Positions 38,878 through 47,997 of a stretch of DNA of 64,000 nt are shown here, in pieces. Each line of letters starts with the position of its first letter. Position 1 is the stretch's first letter. The stretch is from the IMG/VR virus record IMGVR_UViG_3300025141_000020, positions 124,001 to 188,000 of that record; one strand, written 5' to 3'. The notes below the pieces were generated by a model, which saw only the letters and a program-made list of their open reading frames with translations, was not told the DNA's origin and did no database searches. A program made the position numbers and the translations under genes.

Positions 38878-40749
38878 TTACTTAACTTCTTCAAATTCCA
38901 CATCTGTAGAATCCTGGGGGTCATTCTCCGTAGTATCGTCATTAGATTCTTCGGTTTGCTGGTATAACTTTGTACTAATTTCTTGCCATACACTATTTAA
39001 TTTTTCTGACAAGTCTTCAATGCCTTCCATGTCTTCTGCCTCAATAACTTCTTTAAGTTCTTTAATGGTATTTTCTAATCTAGATTTATCTGTTTCCTCT
39101 AACTTATCCCCAAAATCTTCCATTTGTTTTTCTGTTTGAAATATTAGTGCGTCAACCTCATTTAATTTATTAATTTTTTCTAGTTTTTCGTTGTCGGTTT
39201 TAGCGTTTGCTTCAGCCTCTTTTTTCATTCTTTCAACTTCTTCATCTGATAAACTACTTCCAGACTCAATTTTAATATTTTGAGACTTACCAGTTCCTTT
39301 ATCGACCGCTTTAACATCAATAATACCGTTTGCGTCAATATCAAAAGTAACCTCAATCTGTGGTATCCCTCTGTGTGCTGGTGGTATGTCGGTTAGTTGA
39401 AATCTACCTAATGTTCTATTGTCTCCAGCCATTGGTCTTTCCCCTTGTAGTACGTGAATATCTACTGCTGGTTGATTATCTACCGCTGTAGAAAATACTT
39501 GACTTTTGGATGTTGGTATTGTTGTGTTAGCGTCTATTAGTTTAGTCATTACAGCTCCCATAGTTTCAATACCTAAGGAAAGTGGTGTTACGTCCAATAA
39601 TAGCACATCATTTACATCACCAGCTAATACCCCTCCTTGAATTGCTGCTCCCATAGCTACCACTTCATCAGGATTTACTCCTTTTGATGGGTCTTTTCCA
39701 AATAATTTTTTAACGGCCTCTTGTACCGCTGGAATCCTAGTAGAACCACCAACCAATAAAATCTCATCTATGTCACTAATCTTTAATCCAGAATCTTTTA
39801 AAGCTTTTCTACATGGTGTTAAACTTCTCTTAACTAAATTACTAACCATTGACTCAAATTTTGCTCTGGATAACGTGCGTACTAAATGTTTAGGTCCTGT
39901 ACTATCTGCGGTAATATACGGTAAATTAATTTCTGTTGTTGTAGAGTTTGATAATTCTACTTTTGCTTTTTCAGCTGACTCTCTTAACCTTTGTAGTGCT
40001 GATGGGTCTTTAGTTAGGTCCATACCGTTCTCAGTTTTAAACTCGTCAACTAACCAGTCTATAATTTTTTCGTCAAAATTATCTCCACCTAGGTGAGTAT
40101 CACCATTAGTAGATTTTACTTCAAATACTCCATCTCCAAGTTCTAAGATTGAAACGTCAAATGTACCACCTCCAAGGTCATAAACGGCAACAGTCATATC
40201 TTTATCTTTCTTATCCATTCCATAAGCAAGGGCTGCAGCAGTAGGTTCATTAATAATCCTAAGAACTTTTAATCCAGCTATTTCTCCCGCTTCTTTTGTT
40301 GCATTTCTTTGTTCGTCATTAAAATAAGCCGGTACAGTTATAACCGCTTCTGTTACTTTTTCACCCAAATAATCTTCAGCTGTCTTTTTTAAATTTTGTA
40401 ATACCACAGCGGAAATTTCTTGTGGTACATAAGTTTTATCACCAACCTTTATAGTTACAACATCTTTTTTTCCTTTAAGTACTGAGTAAGGCATTTTTTT
40501 TAACTCCTTACTTATTTCACTAAACTTACTACCTATAAATCTTTTTACTGAATATATAGTATTTGTAGGGTTTGTTACAGATTGTCTTTTAGCTGGGTCA
40601 CCTACACTTCTATCCCCGTCTTTAAACGATACTATAGAAGGTGTTGTTCTTCTTCCTTCTGAGTTTACGATTATTTCTGGGTTTCCACCCTCTATTACTG
40701 AAACACACGAATTCGTTGTTCCTAAATCAATTCCAATTACTTTTGCCAT
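38878..40749 (-). CDS. dnaK: Chaperone DnaK (Hsp70)
   Basis: [40 protein letters not shown], full substrate-binding domain. Confidence 0.99.
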   Translation of the reverse strand: MAKVIGIDLGTTNSCVSVIEGGNPEIIVNSEGRRTTPSIVSFKDGDRSVGDPAKRQSVTNPTNTIYSVKRFIGSKFSEISKELKKMPYSVLKGKKDVVTIKVGDKTYVPQEISAVVLQNLKKTAEDYLGEKVTEAVITVPAYFNDEQRNATKEAGEIAGLKVLRIINEPTAAALAYGMDKKDKDMTVAVYDLGGGTFDVSILELGDGVFEVKSTNGDTHLGGDNFDEKIIDWLVDEFKTENGMDLTKDPSALQRLRESAEKAKVELSNSTTTEINLPYITADSTGPKHLVRTLSRAKFESMVSNLVKRSLTPCRKALKDSGLKISDIDEILLVGGSTRIPAVQEAVKKLFGKDPSKGVNPDEVVAMGAAIQGGVLAGDVNDVLLLDVTPLSLGIETMGAVMTKLIDANTTIPTSKSQVFSTAVDNQPAVDIHVLQGERPMAGDNRTLGRFQLTDIPPAHRGIPQIEVTFDIDANGIIDVKAVDKGTGKSQNIKIESGSSLSDEEVERMKKEAEANAKTDNEKLEKINKLNEVDALIFQTEKQMEDFGDKLEETDKSRLENTIKELKEVIEAEDMEGIEDLSEKLNSVWQEISTKLYQQTEESNDDTTENDPQDSTDVEFEEVK

Positions 40750-40837
40750 TTTTAATTTTATTTTTAAATTATTGTCTCTTTAAGTATAAGACATTTATTG
40801 TTATTTGTCACCCCCATATAAAAAAAATTTATATTGT

Positions 40838-40868
40838 TTTGTTGGTTAACATATTTTTATTACTTTTG
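40838..40868 (+). promoter_or_regulatory. Bacteroidota-type promoter for clpC
   Basis: TTTG(40838)-N19-TACTTTTG(40861). Confidence 0.75.
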
Positions 40869-40992
40869 TAGTACAAATAGTATACCGTTGGTGTACTTTT
40901 AAGTAAAGTGTGTCATAATGTCAATAGTTGGTGACAGTTTGTCAGTTATTGATATTTGTAACTTTTTATATTAACTTTAAATAAAAAAATAT

Positions 40993-43035
40993 ATGATAGA
41001 ATTTAGAGATTCAGATGCAGACGTAGAGGATTTAGGTGGTCCTGGGCAACCGGGTAAAGAATTGCCTAATAGTAGTACCCCTATTTTAGATAATTTTTCT
41101 AGGGATTTAACTTCCTTAGCTATTGAAGGTAAGTTGGACCCAGTGATAGGAAGAACGGAGGAGGTTAAACGTTTAGTTCAGATTCTTTCGAGAAGAAAGA
41201 AGAACAACCCTGTTCTTATTGGAGAACCTGGTGTTGGTAAGACTTCTGTTGTAGAGATGTTAGCTACCATAATTAATTCTGGTAAGTGTCCACGTACTTT
41301 ATTGGGTAAACGCATTATTTTATTAGAATTATCATCTTTAGTGGCTGGAACTAAATATAGGGGTCAGTTTGAGGAGAGAATGAAAGCTATAATAGATGAG
41401 TTACGAGATAATAAAGATGTTATTATTTTTATAGATGAGATACACACAGTTATTGGTACTGGTAATTCATCTGGTAATTTAGATGCTGCAAATATCTTTA
41501 AACCTCCTTTGGCGAGGGGTGAAGTTCAATGTATTGGTGCTACCACATTAGATGAATATAGAGAAAAAATAGAAAAAGACGGAGCTTTAGAAAGAAGGTT
41601 TCAAAAAGTTATTATAGAACCACCTTCGGTTATAGACACAATAGAAATATTAAACAACATAAAATATGTTTATGAAAATCATCATAATGTTAGTTATTCA
41701 GAAGAGGTAGTAAATTTATGTGTTAGATTAGCGGAAAGATATATTACAGATAGAGCTTTTCCAGATAAAGCTATTGATATACTGGATGAGGTTGGAGCTA
41801 CTGTCCAAATAGAGGTTAAAACCCCCAAATCTATAACAAAACTTAAATCGGAAATAGAAAGTGTAAAACAAGAAAAGATTAATGTTGTTAAATCACAGAT
41901 GTATGAGAAAGCTGCTGACCTAAGGGATGTAGAAAAGAAATTAAAAGATAAGTTATGTAGTGTAACCAATAAATGGGAAGAAAAACAATCTGACAATAAG
42001 ATTGCCATAACTATTTATGATGTTATGTCTGTAGTATCTAGAATAACTAGAATACCTTTAAATAGGATGGACCATGGTGAAATAAAGAATTTATTAAATT
42101 TAGATAAACAATTAAAGAAGTCTGTAATTGGTCAAGATAAAGCAATTGAAACTATAGTTAAGTCTATAAGACGAAATTCTGTCGGTATAAAAGAGTTAAA
42201 TAAGCCTGTTGGTTCTTTTATTTGTCTAGGTCCTACTGGGGTTGGAAAGACCCATATTGCTAAAAAATTAGCTGAATTAATGTTTGGTTCTGAAGAATCT
42301 TTAATCCGTGTTGATATGTCCGAATTTCAAGAAAAACATTCACTTTCTAGACTTATAGGTTCTCCTCCTGGTTATGTTGGTTATAGTGAAGGTGGCCAAT
42401 TTACAGAAAAAGTAAGACAGAAGCCTTATTCCTTAATATTATTTGACGAGATAGAGAAGGGGCATAAAGATATATTTAATGTTCTATTACAGATATTAGA
42501 TGATGGTTATGTTACCGACGCTTCAGGGAGGAAAATTAATTTTAGAAATACTCTAATTATGATGACATCTAATATAGGAGTTAGACAATCTCAGGACTTC
42601 GGCACTGGTTTAGGGTTTGCAACTAAAGCAACTCAGCAGACAGATAAAGAACGTGTTAGAACAATTATTTCTAAATCATTAAAGGATACTTTTAATCCAG
42701 AATTTTTAAATCGTTTAGATGATGTTATATTTTTTGAGTCCTTAGAGGGTGATAGTATTAAAAAAATAGTAAGATTAGAATTATCACACTTATTAGATAG
42801 GTTAAGGGAAAAGAAATATAATATTAAATTTGGCCCTAGTGTGGTAGACCATATTAGTAAGATTGGTTATGACCCCAAATTTGGGGCTAGACCATTAAAA
42901 AGAGCTATACAATCTGAGGTTGAAGATTACATCTCTGAAGAAATTTTAAGGGGCACTATAGTTGAGGATATGTCCTATTCTATTGGTTATAACAAATCTA
43001 CTGAGAAGTTTAAACTGACAGAAAAAGGTAGATAG
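40993..43035 (+). CDS. clpC: ClpC-type AAA+ unfoldase lacking the N-terminal Clp-repeat domain
   Basis: Two AAA modules (GEPGVGKT, GPTGVGKT), UVR-like M-domain (YEKAADLRD), ClpP-docking GLGF loop; only about 27 aa precede TPILDNFSRDLT. Confidence 0.9.
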   Translation: MIEFRDSDADVEDLGGPGQPGKELPNSSTPILDNFSRDLTSLAIEGKLDPVIGRTEEVKRLVQILSRRKKNNPVLIGEPGVGKTSVVEMLATIINSGKCPRTLLGKRIILLELSSLVAGTKYRGQFEERMKAIIDELRDNKDVIIFIDEIHTVIGTGNSSGNLDAANIFKPPLARGEVQCIGATTLDEYREKIEKDGALERRFQKVIIEPPSVIDTIEILNNIKYVYENHHNVSYSEEVVNLCVRLAERYITDRAFPDKAIDILDEVGATVQIEVKTPKSITKLKSEIESVKQEKINVVKSQMYEKAADLRDVEKKLKDKLCSVTNKWEEKQSDNKIAITIYDVMSVVSRITRIPLNRMDHGEIKNLLNLDKQLKKSVIGQDKAIETIVKSIRRNSVGIKELNKPVGSFICLGPTGVGKTHIAKKLAELMFGSEESLIRVDMSEFQEKHSLSRLIGSPPGYVGYSEGGQFTEKVRQKPYSLILFDEIEKGHKDIFNVLLQILDDGYVTDASGRKINFRNTLIMMTSNIGVRQSQDFGTGLGFATKATQQTDKERVRTIISKSLKDTFNPEFLNRLDDVIFFESLEGDSIKKIVRLELSHLLDRLREKKYNIKFGPSVVDHISKIGYDPKFGARPLKRAIQSEVEDYISEEILRGTIVEDMSYSIGYNKSTEKFKLTEKGR

Positions 43036-43052
43036 GGTGATATTTATTGCCA

Positions 43053-44153
43053 ATGAAACTAATAATAACACAAAGACAATCTAACCTACTAATAAAGGAG
43101 GCTATGGGGGTACCCAAACCTATCGAATTCTGGGTTGACTCTTTATCTTCTTTAATTAGAGATGGTTTATTAATGATGGTGTCTTCTGATAATACTTCTG
43201 AATACTTTGATGGTGAAGATGTTCAAGAAAAGGTAACTTCTTTGGGTTGGAATACTTCTAGTGAAGACTTTATAAAATTTCCTCTTGCCGAACCAAAACT
43301 AAAATTAGACTTAGTTATTGTGCCAGATGAAGACATTAAAATTGGTGATGATTATATAAATAATGCGTCCTTTGATACTGCCGATATGGATATCAGGGAT
43401 GCTACCTTTGACGATGGAACCACAAGACCTTTATTGGTTGGTGGTACCATAACCATAGAAATATCAATCCCACAATCTTCTTACGATAGTGCGACATTTG
43501 TTGAGTTATTTGATACTGAAATTAAACCTTATGTGGAATCGGTCTTATTTCACGAACTAACCCACGTATATGAATTCTACAATAGGTTATTAACCTCGTC
43601 TTTGGACCCTAGTTTTGAGAATATTAGTAGTGCTTCTTCTATGGTTAATAAAATGGGTTTAGTAGATGATTGGGACGAATTGATGTTTTTAATTTATCTG
43701 CACCTATCTTTTGAGTTGAATGCTAGGGTGTCTGAGGTTTATGGTTTAATTAGAAATAAGAATATTCGGTCTAAGAAAGAGTTCTTAGATTTTTTAAAGA
43801 CTTCTAGGGCTTTTTCTTACGCTAAAAGGTTAAGAAACTTCAACTCAGAAACTTACTATAATGATTTTGAGGTTCCTCAAGATAACATAGATAGGGTTAG
43901 GCAGTATGATGGTAAAGAAACCCCAATAGAAGAAATAAAAGAAATAGTTATGCAACAACTGGTTGATAATTGGGTTGTGTCGTATAAGCAACTATTAGAT
44001 GATTTTTCCGATGATGAGACTTTGTCGGTTCCAACCCTACCTTCTAAAGCAACTTCTTCACCTAAAAACTTTTTAAAATTTTGGCAAAAAAGATTTAATA
44101 GAGCTGGTGAAGACTCAATAAGAAAAATTTCAAAACTATATTCGTTACTTTAA
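43053..44153 (+). CDS. Late protein with HExxH zincin-like motif and putative capsid-targeting leader
   Basis: TATTTAT at 43041; MKLIITQRQSNLLIKEA; LFHELTHVYE with downstream FELNAR. Confidence 0.55.
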   Translation: MKLIITQRQSNLLIKEAMGVPKPIEFWVDSLSSLIRDGLLMMVSSDNTSEYFDGEDVQEKVTSLGWNTSSEDFIKFPLAEPKLKLDLVIVPDEDIKIGDDYINNASFDTADMDIRDATFDDGTTRPLLVGGTITIEISIPQSSYDSATFVELFDTEIKPYVESVLFHELTHVYEFYNRLLTSSLDPSFENISSASSMVNKMGLVDDWDELMFLIYLHLSFELNARVSEVYGLIRNKNIRSKKEFLDFLKTSRAFSYAKRLRNFNSETYYNDFEVPQDNIDRVRQYDGKETPIEEIKEIVMQQLVDNWVVSYKQLLDDFSDDETLSVPTLPSKATSSPKNFLKFWQKRFNRAGEDSIRKISKLYSLL

Positions 44154-44172
44154 TATTTTTTTTATATCTTTG
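44141..44172 (+). promoter_or_regulatory. Bacteroidota-type promoter
   Basis: TTCG(44141)-N20-TATCTTTG(44165). Confidence 0.65.
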
Positions 44173-44197
44173 TATTATACAATAAAAAAAATTAAAT

Positions 44198-44800
44198 ATG
44201 GAAGGATACATTTATTTAGGAGAACATTATGATGTTCTTAATCGAGAAATAGGTATTTCTGATAAAAAAATAGGCTTGTCTATAGACCCTATTAGTAGAG
44301 AAAACTCTTTAACTAAAACTAAATCCCCTATTAGATATAGAATTGTTGCTGTTTATAAAGTAGATAATATGCGAAGAGTTGAAAAAATGTTACATAGTAT
44401 CTTAGACAGTAGGAGGGTTTTTGGTGAGTGGTTTAAAGATGATGACGATACTTTAGAAGGCGACTTTATTAACTTTATGAACGCATACGGGGCGGAAGTT
44501 TATAATATACAAGAAATTAAAGAAGAAAATATTTTATTAAAAGAAGATACCAGATTATTAGAAGTTGTTAAAAAACATGGAGCTCCCCTTAATTTAGTTA
44601 GAAAATATCTAGGAATAGAATATGATGTTTTACTAGATAAGAATGGTCTTCTACATTTTAATGGTGATGTTTTTGATACCCCAAATAAACTTTACAACAA
44701 TGGTATTGTCTTTCACGTTAAAAAGAAACGAGGTGGAAGTGGTACTAACAACTTATCTCAATTTAAAATCAAAGAAACTGGCGAAAGATTAGTAGATTAA
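44198..44800 (+). CDS. GIY-YIG (T5orf172-type) nuclease-like protein with possible RAMA-like C-terminal domain
   Basis: GYIYL...KKIGLS...R...EKMLH...GEWF; C-terminal G..FDTPN segment. Confidence 0.7.
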   Translation: MEGYIYLGEHYDVLNREIGISDKKIGLSIDPISRENSLTKTKSPIRYRIVAVYKVDNMRRVEKMLHSILDSRRVFGEWFKDDDDTLEGDFINFMNAYGAEVYNIQEIKEENILLKEDTRLLEVVKKHGAPLNLVRKYLGIEYDVLLDKNGLLHFNGDVFDTPNKLYNNGIVFHVKKKRGGSGTNNLSQFKIKETGERLVD

Positions 44801-44832
44801 CTTGGTGGTGTCATTTATTTTTCTTATCTTTG
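44801..44832 (+). promoter_or_regulatory. Bacteroidota-type promoter, 4 nt from ATG (leaderless)
   Basis: CTTG(44801)-N20-TATCTTTG(44825)-TAGT-ATG(44837). Confidence 0.75.
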
Positions 44833-44836
44833 TAGT

Positions 44837-45337
44837 ATGAATTTAGAAAAAACACGAAATATGGCACTTAAACTAATGAGACAACACGGTCTTATTAGTT
44901 ATACTTTTAAATGGGATAGAGCGGTAAGAAGATTTGGTTCCCATAATGGAGGAAGCTGCACTATTTCTCTTTCTAGACCTTTAACTTTACACGAAACTAA
45001 CGAGTGTAGAGTTAAAAATACTATTTTACATGAAATCGCACACGCTTTAGACCACCAACAACGTGGTTATTCTAATCACGATGCTAACTGGAAAAGAATT
45101 GCAAGGTCTATTGGGTGTAATGGTGAAAGATGTAGTAGTAGTTCAGGTGTAGATAAATCTAAAATATTAAAATGGGTGGCTACTTGTCCTAGTTGTGAAA
45201 GAAAAGTTTACTACGCAAGACAAAAAGCAAAAGATGTAGCTTGTGGTAAATGTTGTAAAAAACATAATAATAACAAGTATACCCCTGAGTATAAATTTAA
45301 TTGGAAATTAAATAGAAATGTCGTAAAATATATATAA
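44837..45337 (+). CDS. SprT-like metalloprotease with C-terminal Zn ribbon
   Basis: ISLSRPL, TILHEIAH, HDANWKRIARSIG, CPSC...CGKC. Confidence 0.85.
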   Translation: MNLEKTRNMALKLMRQHGLISYTFKWDRAVRRFGSHNGGSCTISLSRPLTLHETNECRVKNTILHEIAHALDHQQRGYSNHDANWKRIARSIGCNGERCSSSSGVDKSKILKWVATCPSCERKVYYARQKAKDVACGKCCKKHNNNKYTPEYKFNWKLNRNVVKYI

Positions 45338-45867
45338 TGGAAAAATTACAATATAAAATAAAAAACGGACCAAGAGTAGAGTCTCTCAATCAATTTGAGT
45401 TGTCTGATGGTACCATAGTAGCAATCTTTCAAGGTTTTAGGGGTGAAAACCCTGACTTAGACTTTATTGTGAAATATAAAGAACCTGGGAAAAGATTAAG
45501 AACTCCGTCACATACTCATTGGATTGTTGATTTAATAGTTAAGGGTGAAATTAATAGACCTAGTACATTAGATTTAGTTAAAGAACTAATAGAAGTTTAT
45601 GATGCTATTGACCCATTTCAGACTGTAGAAGAAAGGGATAATTATGAATTGGTATACGCTAGTGAGATAGCTAGAGATTTTTCATGGTTAGATGGAACCG
45701 GTTCTTTATCATTAGAATTAATAGGTACTTTAGTAGAATTATTCTCTAAATGTGAAAAACAAACAACCGGTGCATTTATGTTTAAAAGTATGTTAACCTT
45801 ATCAAAAGATTATCTGGAAGGCAAAAAAGATTATTATCAAATAATAGGAACCTCAAAAAGAGTTTAA
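45337..45867 (+). CDS. Hypothetical protein
   Basis: Full ORF translationally coupled in the operon; RTPSHTHWIVD motif not recognised. Confidence 0.65.
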   Translation: MEKLQYKIKNGPRVESLNQFELSDGTIVAIFQGFRGENPDLDFIVKYKEPGKRLRTPSHTHWIVDLIVKGEINRPSTLDLVKELIEVYDAIDPFQTVEERDNYELVYASEIARDFSWLDGTGSLSLELIGTLVELFSKCEKQTTGAFMFKSMLTLSKDYLEGKKDYYQIIGTSKRV

Positions 45868-45868
45868 T

Positions 45869-46678
45869 ATGATTAAAGAAAAATTAAAAGAATTATTGGC
45901 TATCCCAACTAAGACCTGGGAAGAGGACCGACTTATATCTTATTTAATAGAACATTTTGAGGCTCGTGGGTATCATTACGAATTAGATGAGATGGGTAAC
46001 TTATATGTAACTAAAGGCATTTCCGAATACTATCCTTTAGTTTTAGCTCATACTGATAGTGTGCACGATATTAAAGAAATGGTAGTAAAAGAAGAATACC
46101 TACCTAATTCACAGGGGGATAAAAAACTAGCCCTCAAAGCTTATACTAAAGACGGTAATCTCCCTACTGGTATAGGAGGTGACGATAAAGCAGGCGTATT
46201 TATTTGTTTACAACTTTTAGAACGGTTTAATGTTATTAAAGGGTTTTTCCCAGTCGCAGAAGAAACCGGATGTCATGGTAGTAGAGGAGCAAAAGAATCA
46301 TTCTTTAATAATGTAGGTTATGCTATCCAGTTTGATTCTACCGAAAATGATACTATGTCACTCTCACTTATGGGTACGCAGTTATTTGAACAGGATTCTG
46401 AATTTTTTAATAAAGCTAAGAGTTTAATATTAGAACACGGTTTTACTGAGTGGAAACATCATCCGTACACCGACACAATGGTGTTAAAAGAAAGATTTAA
46501 TTTTGCTTGTTTAAATTTTGCTGCGGGATATTACAACTATCACTCAGATAACGAATATGTAATTGTTGAAGATGTGTTGAACTCTATACTTTTAGGTGAG
46601 AGTGTGATAAAAAAATTAGGTAATAACTTTTACGAATTTAGGGTATCTAAAAAAGATTCTTTTGATTGGTTTGATTAG
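45869..46678 (+). CDS. M20/M28/M42-like zinc peptidase
   Basis: LAHTDSVH, GGDDKAG, AEETGCHGS, IQFDS, GYYNYHSDNE. Confidence 0.8.
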   Translation: MIKEKLKELLAIPTKTWEEDRLISYLIEHFEARGYHYELDEMGNLYVTKGISEYYPLVLAHTDSVHDIKEMVVKEEYLPNSQGDKKLALKAYTKDGNLPTGIGGDDKAGVFICLQLLERFNVIKGFFPVAEETGCHGSRGAKESFFNNVGYAIQFDSTENDTMSLSLMGTQLFEQDSEFFNKAKSLILEHGFTEWKHHPYTDTMVLKERFNFACLNFAAGYYNYHSDNEYVIVEDVLNSILLGESVIKKLGNNFYEFRVSKKDSFDWFD

Positions 46679-47292
46679 TAGTCTTCGTGAGGTGTAACAT
46701 CAAAAAATGTTTTTGAACTTTTATAATTATCTAACTTTAACCCATGTTTTTCTTCTGATTTAACAACATTATTTATCCATTCTGAGACAGGTTTATAGAT
46801 AAACGTACCGGAATCACCAAATATTTGTTCGAAATCCTCATATTCAACCGTACCCTTTTCTGGGTTACTTTTGAAGTCTATTTCTGGGTATAATCCTAGT
46901 TTTTCCACATCTTGTATCATATCCGCGATTGTAGACGATAACCAATGACTAACATAATTAAATCCTTTAGCTTCTCTTAATCTTTTTACTAGGGTTTCCC
47001 TCCACTCTTTATCTAAATAATTCAATAAATAAAAATCTTTAGTTTCTTTTCGTTTTTCTGGAGTTAGAACTAAGGTTTGTTCTTCCATTGGTAATTTTCT
47101 ACTTATGTCCTCTAGCCTATTAAGTGCTTCTGGATTCCAGCTAGAATCTTTATTAACAAAATGTAACATTATAGCAGTTTTTTTATCCACATCCAATATT
47201 TCACTTATATTAGTTATTTCTATAAGAACCTCATCATCCGAATTTTCTACTATTCTACCTACCTTATCTAATATTCTACTTAATTTACCCAT
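46675..47292 (-). CDS. Hypothetical late protein
   Basis: Late motif at 47304; MGKLSRILDKVGRIVE leader; stop overlaps the peptidase stop. Confidence 0.6.
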   Translation of the reverse strand: MGKLSRILDKVGRIVENSDDEVLIEITNISEILDVDKKTAIMLHFVNKDSSWNPEALNRLEDISRKLPMEEQTLVLTPEKRKETKDFYLLNYLDKEWRETLVKRLREAKGFNYVSHWLSSTIADMIQDVEKLGLYPEIDFKSNPEKGTVEYEDFEQIFGDSGTFIYKPVSEWINNVVKSEEKHGLKLDNYKSSKTFFDVTPHEDY

Positions 47293-47312
47293 ACTTATTT
47301 TATTATAAATAT

Positions 47313-47343
47313 TTTGTTTTATATAATAATTTACCTATATTTG
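47313..47343 (+). promoter_or_regulatory. Bacteroidota-type promoter for the small basic protein and probably the tmRNA
   Basis: TTTG(47313)-N19-TATATTTG(47336). Confidence 0.75.
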
Positions 47344-47364
47344 TACTATATATAAATAAATATT

Positions 47365-47553
47365 ATGCCTAAATCAAGAAATAGAAAAAATCACAGTAAA
47401 AAAGTTTTAGCGAGAAACTTAAGGTTAAAACAACAACAAAATTCCATGAATAAACAAATGGAGTTGATGAAAGAAGAATATATAAAAAAAATGGCTGAAA
47501 AAGCTAAAGAAAAAGAAACCGATGCTGGGGAAGTACCTTTGACATTGGGTTAG
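47365..47553 (+). CDS. Small basic hypothetical protein directly upstream of tmRNA
   Basis: MPKSRNRKNHSKK...; stop 5 nt before the tmRNA 5' end. Confidence 0.65.
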   Translation: MPKSRNRKNHSKKVLARNLRLKQQQNSMNKQMELMKEEYIKKMAEKAKEKETDAGEVPLTLG

Positions 47554-47558
47554 AATAC

Positions 47559-47967
47559 GGGGGTGACTGGAATTGATTGGCGTCAGTCGATTAATGTCAG
47601 CACGTCGAGCCTGAATTAAGCTCGTAAAATCTGATTCATTTTTTTAACTGGCAAAACAATTGCTAAGTTGGCGACTTTAGGACTTGTCCGTGAGGGGTCA
47701 ACAGTGGCTATCGCGTAACTAAGTTACGATATAGCTCCGTTTTCGTTAAAGTCTCTTAAGATTTGTAACTTTATATATGAAAACGTCATTTAGACAAATC
47801 GACCCCACCCTCTACTGTTTGGGTGGTAAAATATAAGATGGTCTAGGTTACTTTGAGGGTTGTTTATTCTGTAAAAGTAACTGAATAGTTAGAATAAACT
47901 AAACGTGTAGGATAGATGTTAGTAGAAGATGAACAAGACGGGGGTTCGATACCCCCCACCTCCACCA
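47559..47967 (+). ncRNA. ssrA: tmRNA (SsrA); tag ORF 47650-47718 encodes GKTIAKLATLGLVREGSTVAIA*
   Basis: 5' GGGGGTG pairs with 3' CACCTCC-A-CCA with G3.U70 wobble; T-arm GGGGG-TTCGATA-CCCCC; PK1-like CGAGC/GCTCG; TAACT-GGC resume context; stop inside hairpin CGTAAC-TAA-GTTACG. Confidence 0.95.
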
Positions 47968-47972
47968 AAAAG

Positions 47973-47997
47973 AAAAGGACCTAACGGTCCTTTTTTT
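47973..47997. terminator. Bidirectional terminator after tmRNA
   Basis: AAAAGGACC-TAAC-GGTCCTTTTTTT. Confidence 0.85.

Noticed and set aside
40750-40992. CIRCE (HrcA) operator upstream of dnaK
   Set aside because: No TTAGCACTC-N9-GAGTGCTAA or close variant is present.
47930-47967. Standalone tRNA at the GGTTCGA...CCA motif
   Set aside because: It is the 3' half of the tmRNA tRNA-like domain; no anticodon arm lies upstream. No other tRNA was seen by eye, though tRNAscan was not run.
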